Shown piece by piece: positions 20,232 to 29,226 of a DNA stretch of 64,000 nucleotides. A program made the translations under genes and the position numbers. Origin of the DNA: Candidatus Dojkabacteria bacterium (GTDB taxonomy: Bacteria > Patescibacteriota > Dojkabacteria > B142 > JAFGMG01); NCBI GenBank assembly GCA_016927655.1, contig JAFGMG010000012.1, positions 42,618 to 106,617 of the forward strand, in the 5' to 3' direction. The notes under the pieces were generated by a model, which worked only from the letters and a program-made list of their open reading frames with translations, was not told the origin of the DNA and made no database searches. Each line of letters starts with the position of its first letter. The stretch's first letter is position 1.

Positions 20232-21467
20232 TTAGCTTCTAATTAATTTGTCGAACAACTCTTGCTGTTGCATTATCTTTGATTCTGTTTCGTTTCTTTG
20301 CTTTACCTCATAGCCGCCGGACTCAAGAGACCTCTTGCTTATGACCAATCTAATTGGATTACCAATGAGATCAGCGTCTGTAAATTTTTCTCCCGCGCTT
20401 GTATCTCTATCATCCCAAAGCACCTCAACCCCTTTTTCCATAAGGTCTTTGTAAAGACTCTCGGACTCGTTTTTCACCTCTTCGTCCTCACCAAGAGAAA
20501 TTAGATGGACCTGGAAAGGAGCCACATTCTCGGGCCAGATAATACCGTTTTCATCATGGAATTTCTCGACAATAACCCCCATAGCTCTGGTGGTCCCGAT
20601 CCCATAACAGCCCATAAATGGGTACTTTTCTTCACCACTTGCGTCAGTAAAACTGAATTCAAAATCTTTCGGATATTTTTGGGCAAGATCGAAAACATTT
20701 CCCACTTCTGCCGCTTTTGCTTTTTGTAATTTTGCTCCGCACTTTTTGCATTCGGCCAGATCTCCTGCAATTTCCTGATTTATGCAAAAGTCACATTTAT
20801 CGCAATATAAAATATCATCTTCACCAGCATCTGTCAGAACCATAAATTCATAAGAAATCTTCTTTGAAAAGCTTCCACCCGAAGCTTCTGTGACTTTTGC
20901 AGTCAATCCAAGTCTCTCAAAGATTTTCTTATAAGCTCCCTTCACTTCCTCATAAAACTTCAAAAAATCTTCAGGGGTTTCATGAAAACTGTACATATCT
21001 TTCATTCCAAATTCTCTGCCCCTCAATATTCCAGATTTGGCTCGAAGTTCGTCGCGGTATTTATTCTGAATCTGATAAACTGCTACTGGCATATCTTTGT
21101 ATGAATTTACGTATTCTTTTAAAAGCGGTGTGACGACTTCTTCTTCGCTCTGACCCAAAGCGTAATCTTTTTCTGTTCGGCTTTTGATTTTGAACAGAAC
21201 ATCAACGCCGTCCCACGCTCCAGTCTGTTTCCAGTTTTCGGAAGGATGAAGTGCAGGCATTTTTATTTCCTGTCCACCGATTGCATCCATTTCTTCGCGA
21301 ATTACATCTTCAATCTTCCTTAGAACTCTCAAGCCTAATGGCAATATGGTATAAACACCAGCCATCAATTGATTTACAAATCCAGCTTTTGTCAAAAGTG
21401 TTGCGTTTATTGTGTCATATTCTTTTGCAGTTTTATCTGTTCTTGTGAACAGCGTAGACATTTTCAT
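20232..21467 (-). CDS. proS: Prolyl-tRNA synthetase, short form without the INS editing domain
   Basis: YRDELRAKSGILRGREFGMKDMYSF, MGCYGIG, anticodon domain; only 411 aa with a CxxC..CxxC mini-insert. Confidence 0.93.
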   Translation of the reverse strand: MKMSTLFTRTDKTAKEYDTINATLLTKAGFVNQLMAGVYTILPLGLRVLRKIEDVIREEMDAIGGQEIKMPALHPSENWKQTGAWDGVDVLFKIKSRTEKDYALGQSEEEVVTPLLKEYVNSYKDMPVAVYQIQNKYRDELRAKSGILRGREFGMKDMYSFHETPEDFLKFYEEVKGAYKKIFERLGLTAKVTEASGGSFSKKISYEFMVLTDAGEDDILYCDKCDFCINQEIAGDLAECKKCGAKLQKAKAAEVGNVFDLAQKYPKDFEFSFTDASGEEKYPFMGCYGIGTTRAMGVIVEKFHDENGIIWPENVAPFQVHLISLGEDEEVKNESESLYKDLMEKGVEVLWDDRDTSAGEKFTDADLIGNPIRLVISKRSLESGGYEVKQRNETESKIMQQQELFDKLIRS

Positions 21468-21507
21468 ATGAATTTTACTAACAAGTTATTCAAATTTAGC
21501 TATTAGA

Positions 21508-21996
21508 TTAAAAAGGTAAATCATCCGGGTCGATCTCGTCGGTACTGACCGGCTTTTGGTTCTGACTTCCTGATTTTGGATCTTCTTTTACAGATTTATC
21601 TTCCGCCATTTCTCTTGGTTCACCGCCTTTGCCCGGCTGCTCACTGCCACGCTCATAACGATCTAGCAAAATCACCCTATCTGCTACAATCTCCGTTCTA
21701 TAATTTTTCTTTCCATCCTGATCGTCCCAGCTTCTTGTCTGCAATCTTCCTTTTACATAGATTCTAGTCCCTTTACTTGCCCTCTGGCTCAAATACTCGG
21801 CGTCATTCCCCCATACGACAACATTGTGAAATGCCACTTCTTCAGTCCATTCCTCCGCACCCTGCTTCCTGTAGCTCCTATTGGTTGCAACGGAAAAATT
21901 TACAACAGCGCTTCCGCCTGTTGTGTATCTGACTTCAAGGTCTTGAGTGATATTGCCGATTATTTGTGCTTCGTTGAGATCTCCAAAAACTGCCAT
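21508..21996 (-). CDS. ssb: Single-stranded DNA-binding protein
   Basis: OB fold with C-terminal DDLPF tail. Confidence 0.95.
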   Translation of the reverse strand: MAVFGDLNEAQIIGNITQDLEVRYTTGGSAVVNFSVATNRSYRKQGAEEWTEEVAFHNVVVWGNDAEYLSQRASKGTRIYVKGRLQTRSWDDQDGKKNYRTEIVADRVILLDRYERGSEQPGKGGEPREMAEDKSVKEDPKSGSQNQKPVSTDEIDPDDLPF

Positions 21997-22033
21997 GCTT
22001 TTACTTTAAGAAGTTAAATCTATTTGAGTTATT

Positions 22034-22933
22034 CTAACATAAAACAGCATCGAAATATCTTCTTGCAAGTTCAAACTGCCCCGAAACATCCCCACTTCTG
22101 CGCAATATCTCCAACCTAGTCAATAATTCTACCGGCCCCATTGCTTCAGATCCATCATCAAGAGGCATACGAAATCTTTGATCACTAGCTGCTAGACACA
22201 GATTATTTGGATCTCTCAGCATTTCCAGTTCTAAATTCTTATTAACAGTGCCCTGAGCCAGCACTTGATCAGCACCTGGGACAAAGTAGCAGCTTTTAGC
22301 TAATCTCTGCCTTGCTTCAAGCTCGGGATTTGAAGTATTTCCTGCATTCATTCCAAATCCTGCCCTTATCCAGGGAGGTATCCTTTGGCCGCCAATTTTA
22401 ATATCTGGGATAGTTCTTGTTGCATGTATTTCACTAGGATAATCTTTCAATGCATCTGTCCCAAATTTTTCTGTAACAGCAAATAATTCCACCGTTGTTT
22501 TTTGGGATCCATTGTCCCCGTTTCCTCCTGAGAGTATTTTGTTTCGAATATTCTTGTAAGCTAATAATTTATCCGCAATATCATCTAAAACCAGAAATTT
22601 TCCATTTGGATCTACAGAAGAATCAAGAAAATAATCTCCTTCTCTGCTCTGTGCATCATCAGGAAGCTTTGCAGCAAAAATGATATTAGGCAAATTATCT
22701 GCTGTTATGTCTTTCAGAACATACAAAGCAGGAACAACCCCTCCATTTAGAGGAACAACTAAAGTTGGCATCCTACCGGTTTCGGTCGATATCTCATTAA
22801 TTCTATCTCGGACAGTATTGGAGTATTTATCAAGCACAATATCGACATCCTGCATCCCGGGAACTATCAATAATTCACCATTTAACAGCGACCTATCTTC
22901 TAATTTAGGGATTGGATCCATTATGTATAACAA
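22034..22933 (-). CDS. Divergent type I phosphoribosyltransferase-like protein
   Basis: LVVPLNGG, FLVLDDIADK PRPP-loop-like motif, W..GFGM. Confidence 0.5.
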   Translation of the reverse strand: MLYIMDPIPKLEDRSLLNGELLIVPGMQDVDIVLDKYSNTVRDRINEISTETGRMPTLVVPLNGGVVPALYVLKDITADNLPNIIFAAKLPDDAQSREGDYFLDSSVDPNGKFLVLDDIADKLLAYKNIRNKILSGGNGDNGSQKTTVELFAVTEKFGTDALKDYPSEIHATRTIPDIKIGGQRIPPWIRAGFGMNAGNTSNPELEARQRLAKSCYFVPGADQVLAQGTVNKNLELEMLRDPNNLCLAASDQRFRMPLDDGSEAMGPVELLTRLEILRRSGDVSGQFELARRYFDAVLC

Positions 22934-22981
22934 AATTAAATATGCAACTGTTATTACAATAAATTCAGCTATACTAAAATC

Positions 22982-23527
22982 TCAAGAAGAAAACTCGAGT
23001 AATATTTCCGCACTAAAATTGATATTTGTTTTCGGCTCAACTGATATTTCAAATTCCATACTTTCTCCACTTCTAAGTGCAAACATTTTTTTGGCTGAAG
23101 AGTTCAGCGCAATCTCCGCTTTTGATGATTCATTTTTCAAAATGACTACAGCACTATCCTCAATTGCCAGCGAAGAATCTGCTCTTATAAATAGTTTCCT
23201 CGTTTCGCCTGATTTATTAGTAATTCTAACAAGCTTCGATTCTAATGCCCTCTCAAGCGAATCAAAATTTAGAGCTAAACGATAATTCGTATTATCCGAT
23301 CTATCCTGCGAAATAGAAAAGGACGAACTATTTCTCCAGATTGGTTCATATTCAAGTCCTTTCAAAGATGCCTCGCCTAATATTGAATTTTGATTTGCAA
23401 CGGCAAAATCTGATTCTTCATAGTTTATTGGAGAGAGCGCCACTGTAACCAAAAAGGCTACCACCACAAGCCCGATACAAAGGGATACAATAGCTCCATC
23501 AGTTAAAAATTGCATTAAGGATTTCAT
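22982..23527 (-). CDS. Hypothetical membrane-anchored protein
   Basis: N-terminal TM then beta-rich domain. Confidence 0.6.
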   Translation of the reverse strand: MKSLMQFLTDGAIVSLCIGLVVVAFLVTVALSPINYEESDFAVANQNSILGEASLKGLEYEPIWRNSSSFSISQDRSDNTNYRLALNFDSLERALESKLVRITNKSGETRKLFIRADSSLAIEDSAVVILKNESSKAEIALNSSAKKMFALRSGESMEFEISVEPKTNINFSAEILLEFSS

Positions 23528-23565
23528 ATTGATTCTTTCACTATCTACAGCGTATAGCAGAACAC

Positions 23566-25125
23566 CTAAAGCGTCAAGAGGTTCTGGCCCTCCATTTCCA
23601 AAGGCTTTTCGATATTGAAGTGCGCCAACACAGTTGGCGCAATATCCACGAGGCTTCCATATTCCAATTCCTTTTTCTTAAGACCTTTTCCAACTGCGAT
23701 AAAAGGTACGTCATTACTTGAGTGTTTCGTGTCGATTTCACCCGTTCTTGTATTGATCAATTCCTCGCAATTACCATGATCCGCGGTAACTAATAATAAA
23801 GCGTCTTTTTTCATTCCATACTCAACAACCCGCCCAAGCTGGGCATCCACCACCTCCATAGCCTTTATCGAAGCCTCAAGAACTCCTGTGTGGCTTACCA
23901 TATCAGGAGCTGCAAAATTGATCAAAGCAAAGCCATATTTTTTATCCTCGTCATATTTAATAAATGTATCAGCTATTTCCTTTGATCTCATCTCAGGAGC
24001 CTGGTCATAAGTAGCCACAGCCCTGTTCGATGGGACCTCAATCTGATCCGCACCCTCATAAAGCACCTCATTTTCCCCATCGAAAAAATACGTCACATGC
24101 GGAAATTTTTCAGATTCAGCGAGTCTTAACTGGCTTATTCGATTTGTACTTAGAACTTCTCCGAGGCATTTTGTTACCTTTTCTCTTGGAAAAGCGATAT
24201 GAGGTGGAAAGCCATGATTATAATCAGTCATACCGACGTAATATAAATTTTCTATCTTTTCTCTTTGAAAGCCCTGGAAATCATCTTGCATAAAAGCCTG
24301 AGTGATTTGAAGAGCACGATCGGGACGAAAGTCAAAGTTTATAACACTATCACCAGCCTGGATCTTTGCAACCCCGCCATCGAAGTTATTAATAATGTAC
24401 GGCTCTACATATTCATCACTTTTTCCTTTTTTATAATATTTCTCAAGAACAACTTCGTACCCATCAACTTTCGTACCAAGTGATTTTGTCATCATTTCAT
24501 AGGCAATTTTTGTACGCTCCCATCTTCCGTCTCTGTCTTTCGCGTAGTATCTGCCGATAAAACTTGCAATTCTGCCCAGCCGCTTCCCATCCATATACCC
24601 GTCAATTTTTTTCAATACCCTGGCTCCCGCATCAGTAGAAGAGTCTCTCCCATCAAGAATCGCATGTAAAAATACTTTGTCTGGATTAAATTTCTGCTTA
24701 TCTAGAAGATCGATCAACGCAAATAAATGATCAAGGTTCGAATGAACGAGACCATTTCCAACCAAACCAATTAAATGGATTGCGCCATTATTTTTCTTAG
24801 CGTGTTCTATCGCAGCCAGGAATTCTTTATTGTTTCTAAAACTACCTGTTTCAATCGCATTATCAATCCTAGGCAGATCCTGCAGGATTACCTTGCCAGC
24901 CCCCATCGTAAGATGTCCGACTTCGCTGTTCCCGTCTGCATCTTGTGGTAATCCAACGTATTTACCATATGCTTTTAAAACCGTATGAGGATATTTTTGC
25001 CAGAGCTTATCAAGATTTGGAGTATTTGCCAGCGTTACGGCATTGCCAGGTCCCGGAGGAGCCACACCAACCCCATCCATTATCACCAAAATTACTTTCG
25101 CAAAATCTTTTTTGAATAATGCCAT
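23566..25125 (-). CDS. gpmI: 2,3-BPG-independent phosphoglycerate mutase
   Basis: MDGVG, GNSEVGH, DGRD, AESEKFPHVTYFF, TADHGN. Confidence 0.95.
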   Translation of the reverse strand: MALFKKDFAKVILVIMDGVGVAPPGPGNAVTLANTPNLDKLWQKYPHTVLKAYGKYVGLPQDADGNSEVGHLTMGAGKVILQDLPRIDNAIETGSFRNNKEFLAAIEHAKKNNGAIHLIGLVGNGLVHSNLDHLFALIDLLDKQKFNPDKVFLHAILDGRDSSTDAGARVLKKIDGYMDGKRLGRIASFIGRYYAKDRDGRWERTKIAYEMMTKSLGTKVDGYEVVLEKYYKKGKSDEYVEPYIINNFDGGVAKIQAGDSVINFDFRPDRALQITQAFMQDDFQGFQREKIENLYYVGMTDYNHGFPPHIAFPREKVTKCLGEVLSTNRISQLRLAESEKFPHVTYFFDGENEVLYEGADQIEVPSNRAVATYDQAPEMRSKEIADTFIKYDEDKKYGFALINFAAPDMVSHTGVLEASIKAMEVVDAQLGRVVEYGMKKDALLLVTADHGNCEELINTRTGEIDTKHSSNDVPFIAVGKGLKKKELEYGSLVDIAPTVLAHFNIEKPLEMEGQNLLTL

Positions 25126-25140
25126 GGGCAGAGTAACTTT

Positions 25141-25767
25141 CTAGTCTAAAATAAATCCGTCTTCTGTAATATACAAATTGTACGATTTTGCTTCATTCTG
25201 CACAAATTTTGTGGCAAAATTTCCATAAATACTATCTACTAGAAATTCATAGTCGCCTTCATTTCTCTGCAGCCTTTTCCAGTATTCATCAGTTCCGCCA
25301 TTAAGCTCGTAAAGACTGCGGTGTCCTTGTTCTGCTGCAATATTTGCCTTTTTAACATCAGTATAATCTCCTTCCAGCCTTGTGACTTTGTATATATTCT
25401 CCAAATTGAGTAACAGCCAGAAATCATCAAATTTCACAATTTCACCTCCTACTTCGAAATGATCGCCATATAGAGTATAGCTCGCACTTTCGTCGTATTC
25501 ATCAATTCCCGGCCTATTTGAAGTAAGAATTGTCAGAAGCCCCGATTGCTGTTTCTTTGGCCTGTATGTCAAATCAAAATATTCATACCCGTTTTCATCA
25601 GTCTTCAGCTCACTGACTTGGATTTCAGCAACCAGCGTTTTTGCAGTAAAAACCCGATATGTGTGCAGCCAGGAGGCAAAAGAAATTATTACAATAAAAA
25701 CCCCGCAAAATACAAGAAGGATGATAATTAAAATCAAACTAAAGATTATCTTCAGGGTATTTTTCAT
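25141..25767 (-). CDS. Hypothetical membrane-anchored protein
   Basis: N-terminal TM, 208 aa ORF co-oriented with gpmI. Confidence 0.65.
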   Translation of the reverse strand: MKNTLKIIFSLILIIILLVFCGVFIVIISFASWLHTYRVFTAKTLVAEIQVSELKTDENGYEYFDLTYRPKKQQSGLLTILTSNRPGIDEYDESASYTLYGDHFEVGGEIVKFDDFWLLLNLENIYKVTRLEGDYTDVKKANIAAEQGHRSLYELNGGTDEYWKRLQRNEGDYEFLVDSIYGNFATKFVQNEAKSYNLYITEDGFILD

Positions 25768-25864
25768 TCATCAATTTCATTAAGAATTAGTACATTATAT
25801 TACAATTTCGGCATAAATATCTAACCTTCCTTGAAGCAGCGACCTTTTGTTGCTACAATTACTC

Positions 25865-27259
25865 ATGCAAAAACAAAAAACAAAAATTCTTTGTACTATC
25901 GGACCATCTACATGGGATGAGAATGTCTTACGTTCTATGGTCAATGAAGGCATGACAATCGCAAGGATTAACGGAGCTTATGCAGACATTGCTGAATTAA
26001 AAAGAGTAGCAGCAACTATCAGATCAATTTCAAAAAATGTCGCCTTGATGCTAGATATAAAAGGGACAGAGGTTAGACTAAACAAATTCGAAACGCCGAT
26101 ACCGATCAAAATTGGAGATGAAATAGTACTTGGGAGTTCAAAGCAAAATGCTATTTACCCGGTGACTTATCCGGAGCTGTACAAAGACTTGAAGCCGGGC
26201 GATATGCTCAAACTTGATGACGGAAAGGTTTCACTTAGGGTGCAGAAAATCGAGAATCAAAAGATTATTGCCAAAGTGGGCCAAGGCAGAGAAATACTTC
26301 CCGGTAAAACGATAAATACACCGGGGATTCCTCTATCAAATCCGCCTCTAACCCCTACGGATATAGAGCAGATCAAATTTGCCGTAAATGATAATTGGGA
26401 CTTTGTTGCTGCCTCTTTCGTCAGGAACGCGCAGGATATTGAAGAGGTAAAAAAGCATCTTGGTAAATCAATTATCAAAGTTATGGCAAAAATTGAAGAT
26501 GAACAGGGGACAAAAAATATTGATGAAATAATTGATGCATGCGACGGGATTATTATTGCAAGAGGTGATATGGGAGTAGAAATGCCTTACGAACAGGTCC
26601 CGGCAATTCAGAAAATGATGGTGCAAAAATGCATATTGAAGGCCAAGCCTGCCATTGTCGCTACTCATATGCTCGAATCGATGATTGAAAATCCAAATGC
26701 AACAAGGGCGGAAATTAACGATGTAGCGAATGCAATATTTGATGGGACTGATTGCGTCTGGCTAAGTGCGGAGACCTCAAAAGGTAAATATCCTATTGAG
26801 GCGGTCCACACACTCAAAAGAATTTCACTCGAAATTGAAAAACATCTCATGCCGGAGATTTTGCACGGAGACCCTGATATCAACCCAATCACCGTTGCTC
26901 TTGCAAGAGGAGTAATCGACATTGTCGAGAGTGTGAGCATAGACAAAATTATTGTAGCAACAGGTACGGGAAAGACTGCAAGAATTATTTCGAGCTTCAG
27001 ACCGAGACAGCCAATTATTGCATTGACCAGCAATGAAACATACAAGCGTCAGCTCCAGGCTACTTGGGGAATAACCCCTATAGTTCTAGATACCGAAGTA
27101 AAAGACAGAGACAGAGGTGTGAAGAGAATTGTGAAAAGAGTCATGGCAGAAAAGCTCGTAGAGCCTGAGGATCTGGTTCTTGTGATAAGAGGCACTACCC
27201 CAATTACAAAGAAGACAAATTCCCTTGAGGTTGGCCTTGCTAAAGATATGGCTAAATAA
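25865..27259 (+). CDS. pyk: Pyruvate kinase
   Basis: KTKILCTIGP, AKIE, ARGDMGVE, ATRAEINDVANAIFDGTD, LSAETSKGKYP. Confidence 0.95.
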   Translation: MQKQKTKILCTIGPSTWDENVLRSMVNEGMTIARINGAYADIAELKRVAATIRSISKNVALMLDIKGTEVRLNKFETPIPIKIGDEIVLGSSKQNAIYPVTYPELYKDLKPGDMLKLDDGKVSLRVQKIENQKIIAKVGQGREILPGKTINTPGIPLSNPPLTPTDIEQIKFAVNDNWDFVAASFVRNAQDIEEVKKHLGKSIIKVMAKIEDEQGTKNIDEIIDACDGIIIARGDMGVEMPYEQVPAIQKMMVQKCILKAKPAIVATHMLESMIENPNATRAEINDVANAIFDGTDCVWLSAETSKGKYPIEAVHTLKRISLEIEKHLMPEILHGDPDINPITVALARGVIDIVESVSIDKIIVATGTGKTARIISSFRPRQPIIALTSNETYKRQLQATWGITPIVLDTEVKDRDRGVKRIVKRVMAEKLVEPEDLVLVIRGTTPITKKTNSLEVGLAKDMAK

Positions 27260-27269
27260 CCACAGAATC

Positions 27270-28043
27270 CTACATAAACAGCATATAGGCAAGAATTGCT
27301 GACGCTGCCAGGATCGCAAGTATTAAAAATATTAATACAATTTGCATCATTCCTCCTGATCCACCTTTTTTGCCAGGTTTTTTTTGTGCTTTATCCATTT
27401 CGACTTTTTCATCCAAACTTGGAAGTCCTGTGTCTTCTGGTTGTGTGGGCGCTGCCATTATCTCTTCCAATTTATCTTGATTTGGTACTTCATGCACAGG
27501 TTCTGCAGGTTCTACTTTTACCGGTTGTTCCGCTGGTTGTTCTTCTGGTTGTTCTGCTGCAAGTTCAGGGAGTTTATCCAGTGTTACTTTTTCTTCAACT
27601 GGTTCTGCTATTTTGTTATCTGTAGATTCCATCATAGGAGCTGGTTCCATTACTGGTTCTGGGGTCATTGCCGGAGCTGGCTCTAATGTCGGTTCTATTG
27701 AAGGTTCGGGGGTAGTATCTTTAACCGGTTCCGGCATAGTAACCGGTGCCGGCTCAGTGCTTCCTTCTACTACATGTTCACTTCCATTGCCGTTTTTCAA
27801 TTCAGCATTTGGATCAATCGGCACTTCAGCCGGTTGCGTCACACCCGCTACAGTATCATCTGCAGGGATTTTCATTTCAGCATCCAGATCCACCGTTGTT
27901 GTTGCTGCGTCTTGATCTTGGTCTAAAGCTGCTTCTTGAGCTGGAGCCTGAGGTGTAGCCATTTCGTCCACAGGCGGCACTACTGGTGCTGCCGGATTTG
28001 TACTATCTAAAGCTGGTTCTGTACCTGTTTGTGGAATTGCCAT
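27270..28043 (-). CDS. Pro/Glu-rich low-complexity protein with C-terminal membrane anchor
   Basis: EP/PE/EQPAE repeats, basic patch, terminal hydrophobic helix. Confidence 0.75.
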   Translation of the reverse strand: MAIPQTGTEPALDSTNPAAPVVPPVDEMATPQAPAQEAALDQDQDAATTTVDLDAEMKIPADDTVAGVTQPAEVPIDPNAELKNGNGSEHVVEGSTEPAPVTMPEPVKDTTPEPSIEPTLEPAPAMTPEPVMEPAPMMESTDNKIAEPVEEKVTLDKLPELAAEQPEEQPAEQPVKVEPAEPVHEVPNQDKLEEIMAAPTQPEDTGLPSLDEKVEMDKAQKKPGKKGGSGGMMQIVLIFLILAILAASAILAYMLFM

Positions 28044-28151
28044 AATTTTTATTAATTAATAAACAAATACAATATATAGAAAGCTGGAAGATATGACAAG
28101 AATTTTTTAAGTCTCAATCAGGTTCTTTTTGTGATAAAATTGAATGGAGTT

Positions 28152-28226
28152 GGTGTAGTAGCCAAGTAGTAAGGCAACGGTCTGCAAAACCGTTATACGC
28201 GGGTGCAATTCCCGCCTACACCTCCA
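28152..28226 (+). tRNA. tRNA-Cys (GCA)
   Basis: GGTGTAG/CTACACC acceptor stem, anticodon loop CTGCAAA, encoded CCA. Confidence 0.93.
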
Positions 28227-28228
28227 AA

Positions 28229-28301
28229 GCCGGCCTGTCTACCGACAGGTAGACATGGTGGAATTGGTAGACCTGCCTGCCGGCAGGCAGGCACGCTGGA
28301 C
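28229..28301 (+). pseudogene. tRNA-Leu 5' half relic interrupted by two 20-bp insertions
   Basis: Removing 28234-28253 and 28272-28291 gives GCCGGCATGGTGGAATTGGTAGACACGCTGGAC, matching the tRNA-Leu at 28559 except for one base. Confidence 0.8.
28272..28291. repeat. Perfect 20-bp palindrome CCTGCCTGCCGGCAGGCAGG, with a degenerate copy at 28234-28253
   Basis: Read directly; the second copy CCTGTCTACCGACAGGTAGA differs by 5 transitions. Confidence 0.9.
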
Positions 28302-28315
28302 ATTAGAAACATTAA

Positions 28316-28612
28316 ATGTACTATGTTTATGCCATTAAAAGTCAAATTAGAAATTACATCTACGTAGGACTAACAAATAATATCAAAAGAAGGCTTGACC
28401 AACATAACAAGGGGAAATCTAAAACAACTAAACCTTACAGACCGTTTGGATTGATATATTTAAAAGAAGTTCGTACACGGAAAGAAGCCAGAGAAATTGA
28501 GAAGAATCTTAAATCAGGCTATAGAAAAGAGTACCTAAAAGGTTTAAAATCTAATAATGCCGGGATGGTGGAATTGGTAGACACGCTGGACTTAAAATCC
28601 AGTGGGAGTTAA
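28316..28612 (+). CDS. Small GIY-YIG nuclease
   Basis: YYVYAIKS, YIYVGLTNNIKRRLDQHN, TKPYRPF, EAREIEKNLKSG; 3' end overlaps tRNA-Leu. Confidence 0.9.
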   Translation: MYYVYAIKSQIRNYIYVGLTNNIKRRLDQHNKGKSKTTKPYRPFGLIYLKEVRTRKEAREIEKNLKSGYRKEYLKGLKSNNAGMVELVDTLDLKSSGS

Positions 28613-28644
28613 ATCCCGTGCGGGTTCAAGTCCCGCTCCCGGCA
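28559..28644 (+). tRNA. tRNA-Leu (TAA)
   Basis: GCCGGGA/TCCCGGC stem, CTTAAAA anticodon loop, long variable arm, GGTTCAAGTCC T arm; no encoded CCA. Confidence 0.93.
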
Positions 28645-28680
28645 CTTTACCTAATCAAACTAGCCTTCAAGACAATACTT

Positions 28681-29226
28681 ATGAAACGCTATTATGGGTT
28701 TTGGCTGCTTTTTGATTCCTCAACAAAAAAAAACTTGCGGCCAATTATTCAAACTTTAAGCAATAAATTCCTAGGTGGAGAAGTATTCGAGCCGCATATA
28801 TCAGTAAATTATCCTTCTTATTGCGAATTAAAAGATATTGTATTAAAAATTGAAGAAAACTTTATTAATCAGAAACAATTTACAGTCAATACTGAAGGGA
28901 TTGGAATGGAAGATACATGGTCAAAAACTTTGTATGTAAATATTAAAATGCAAAAAGAATTGATTAATATTAATAATAAACTAAAACAAATCTTTCCAAG
29001 AAAAGAAACTCCGAATGAGCAATTCCATCCACACATGAGTTTATTGTACAAACAAGGGTTGAGAGAAAAAGATAAAGTACTCTCTATCGAAAATATTTCT
29101 ATCCCTAAAAGATTACAAATAACTTCTCTTGCAATAATTGATCCTGGTATTGATAATGATAACTGGAAAGATTTCACACAATGGAAAATCCCATATAAGA
29201 TTGACTTTAATCATCCCACCACATAA
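28681..29226 (+). CDS. 2H phosphoesterase / cyclic phosphodiesterase family protein
   Basis: Two HxS motifs, FEPHISV and FHPHMSL. Confidence 0.8.
   Translation: MKRYYGFWLLFDSSTKKNLRPIIQTLSNKFLGGEVFEPHISVNYPSYCELKDIVLKIEENFINQKQFTVNTEGIGMEDTWSKTLYVNIKMQKELININNKLKQIFPRKETPNEQFHPHMSLLYKQGLREKDKVLSIENISIPKRLQITSLAIIDPGIDNDNWKDFTQWKIPYKIDFNHPTT

Noticed and set aside
27296-27958. Several plus-strand ORFs and short repeats
   Set aside because: Antisense to the low-complexity Pro/Glu protein; the repeats are coding and are not CRISPR
28229-28644. Intron-split tRNA-Leu with a homing endonuclease
   Set aside because: The downstream tRNA is complete on its own and no group I core is visible
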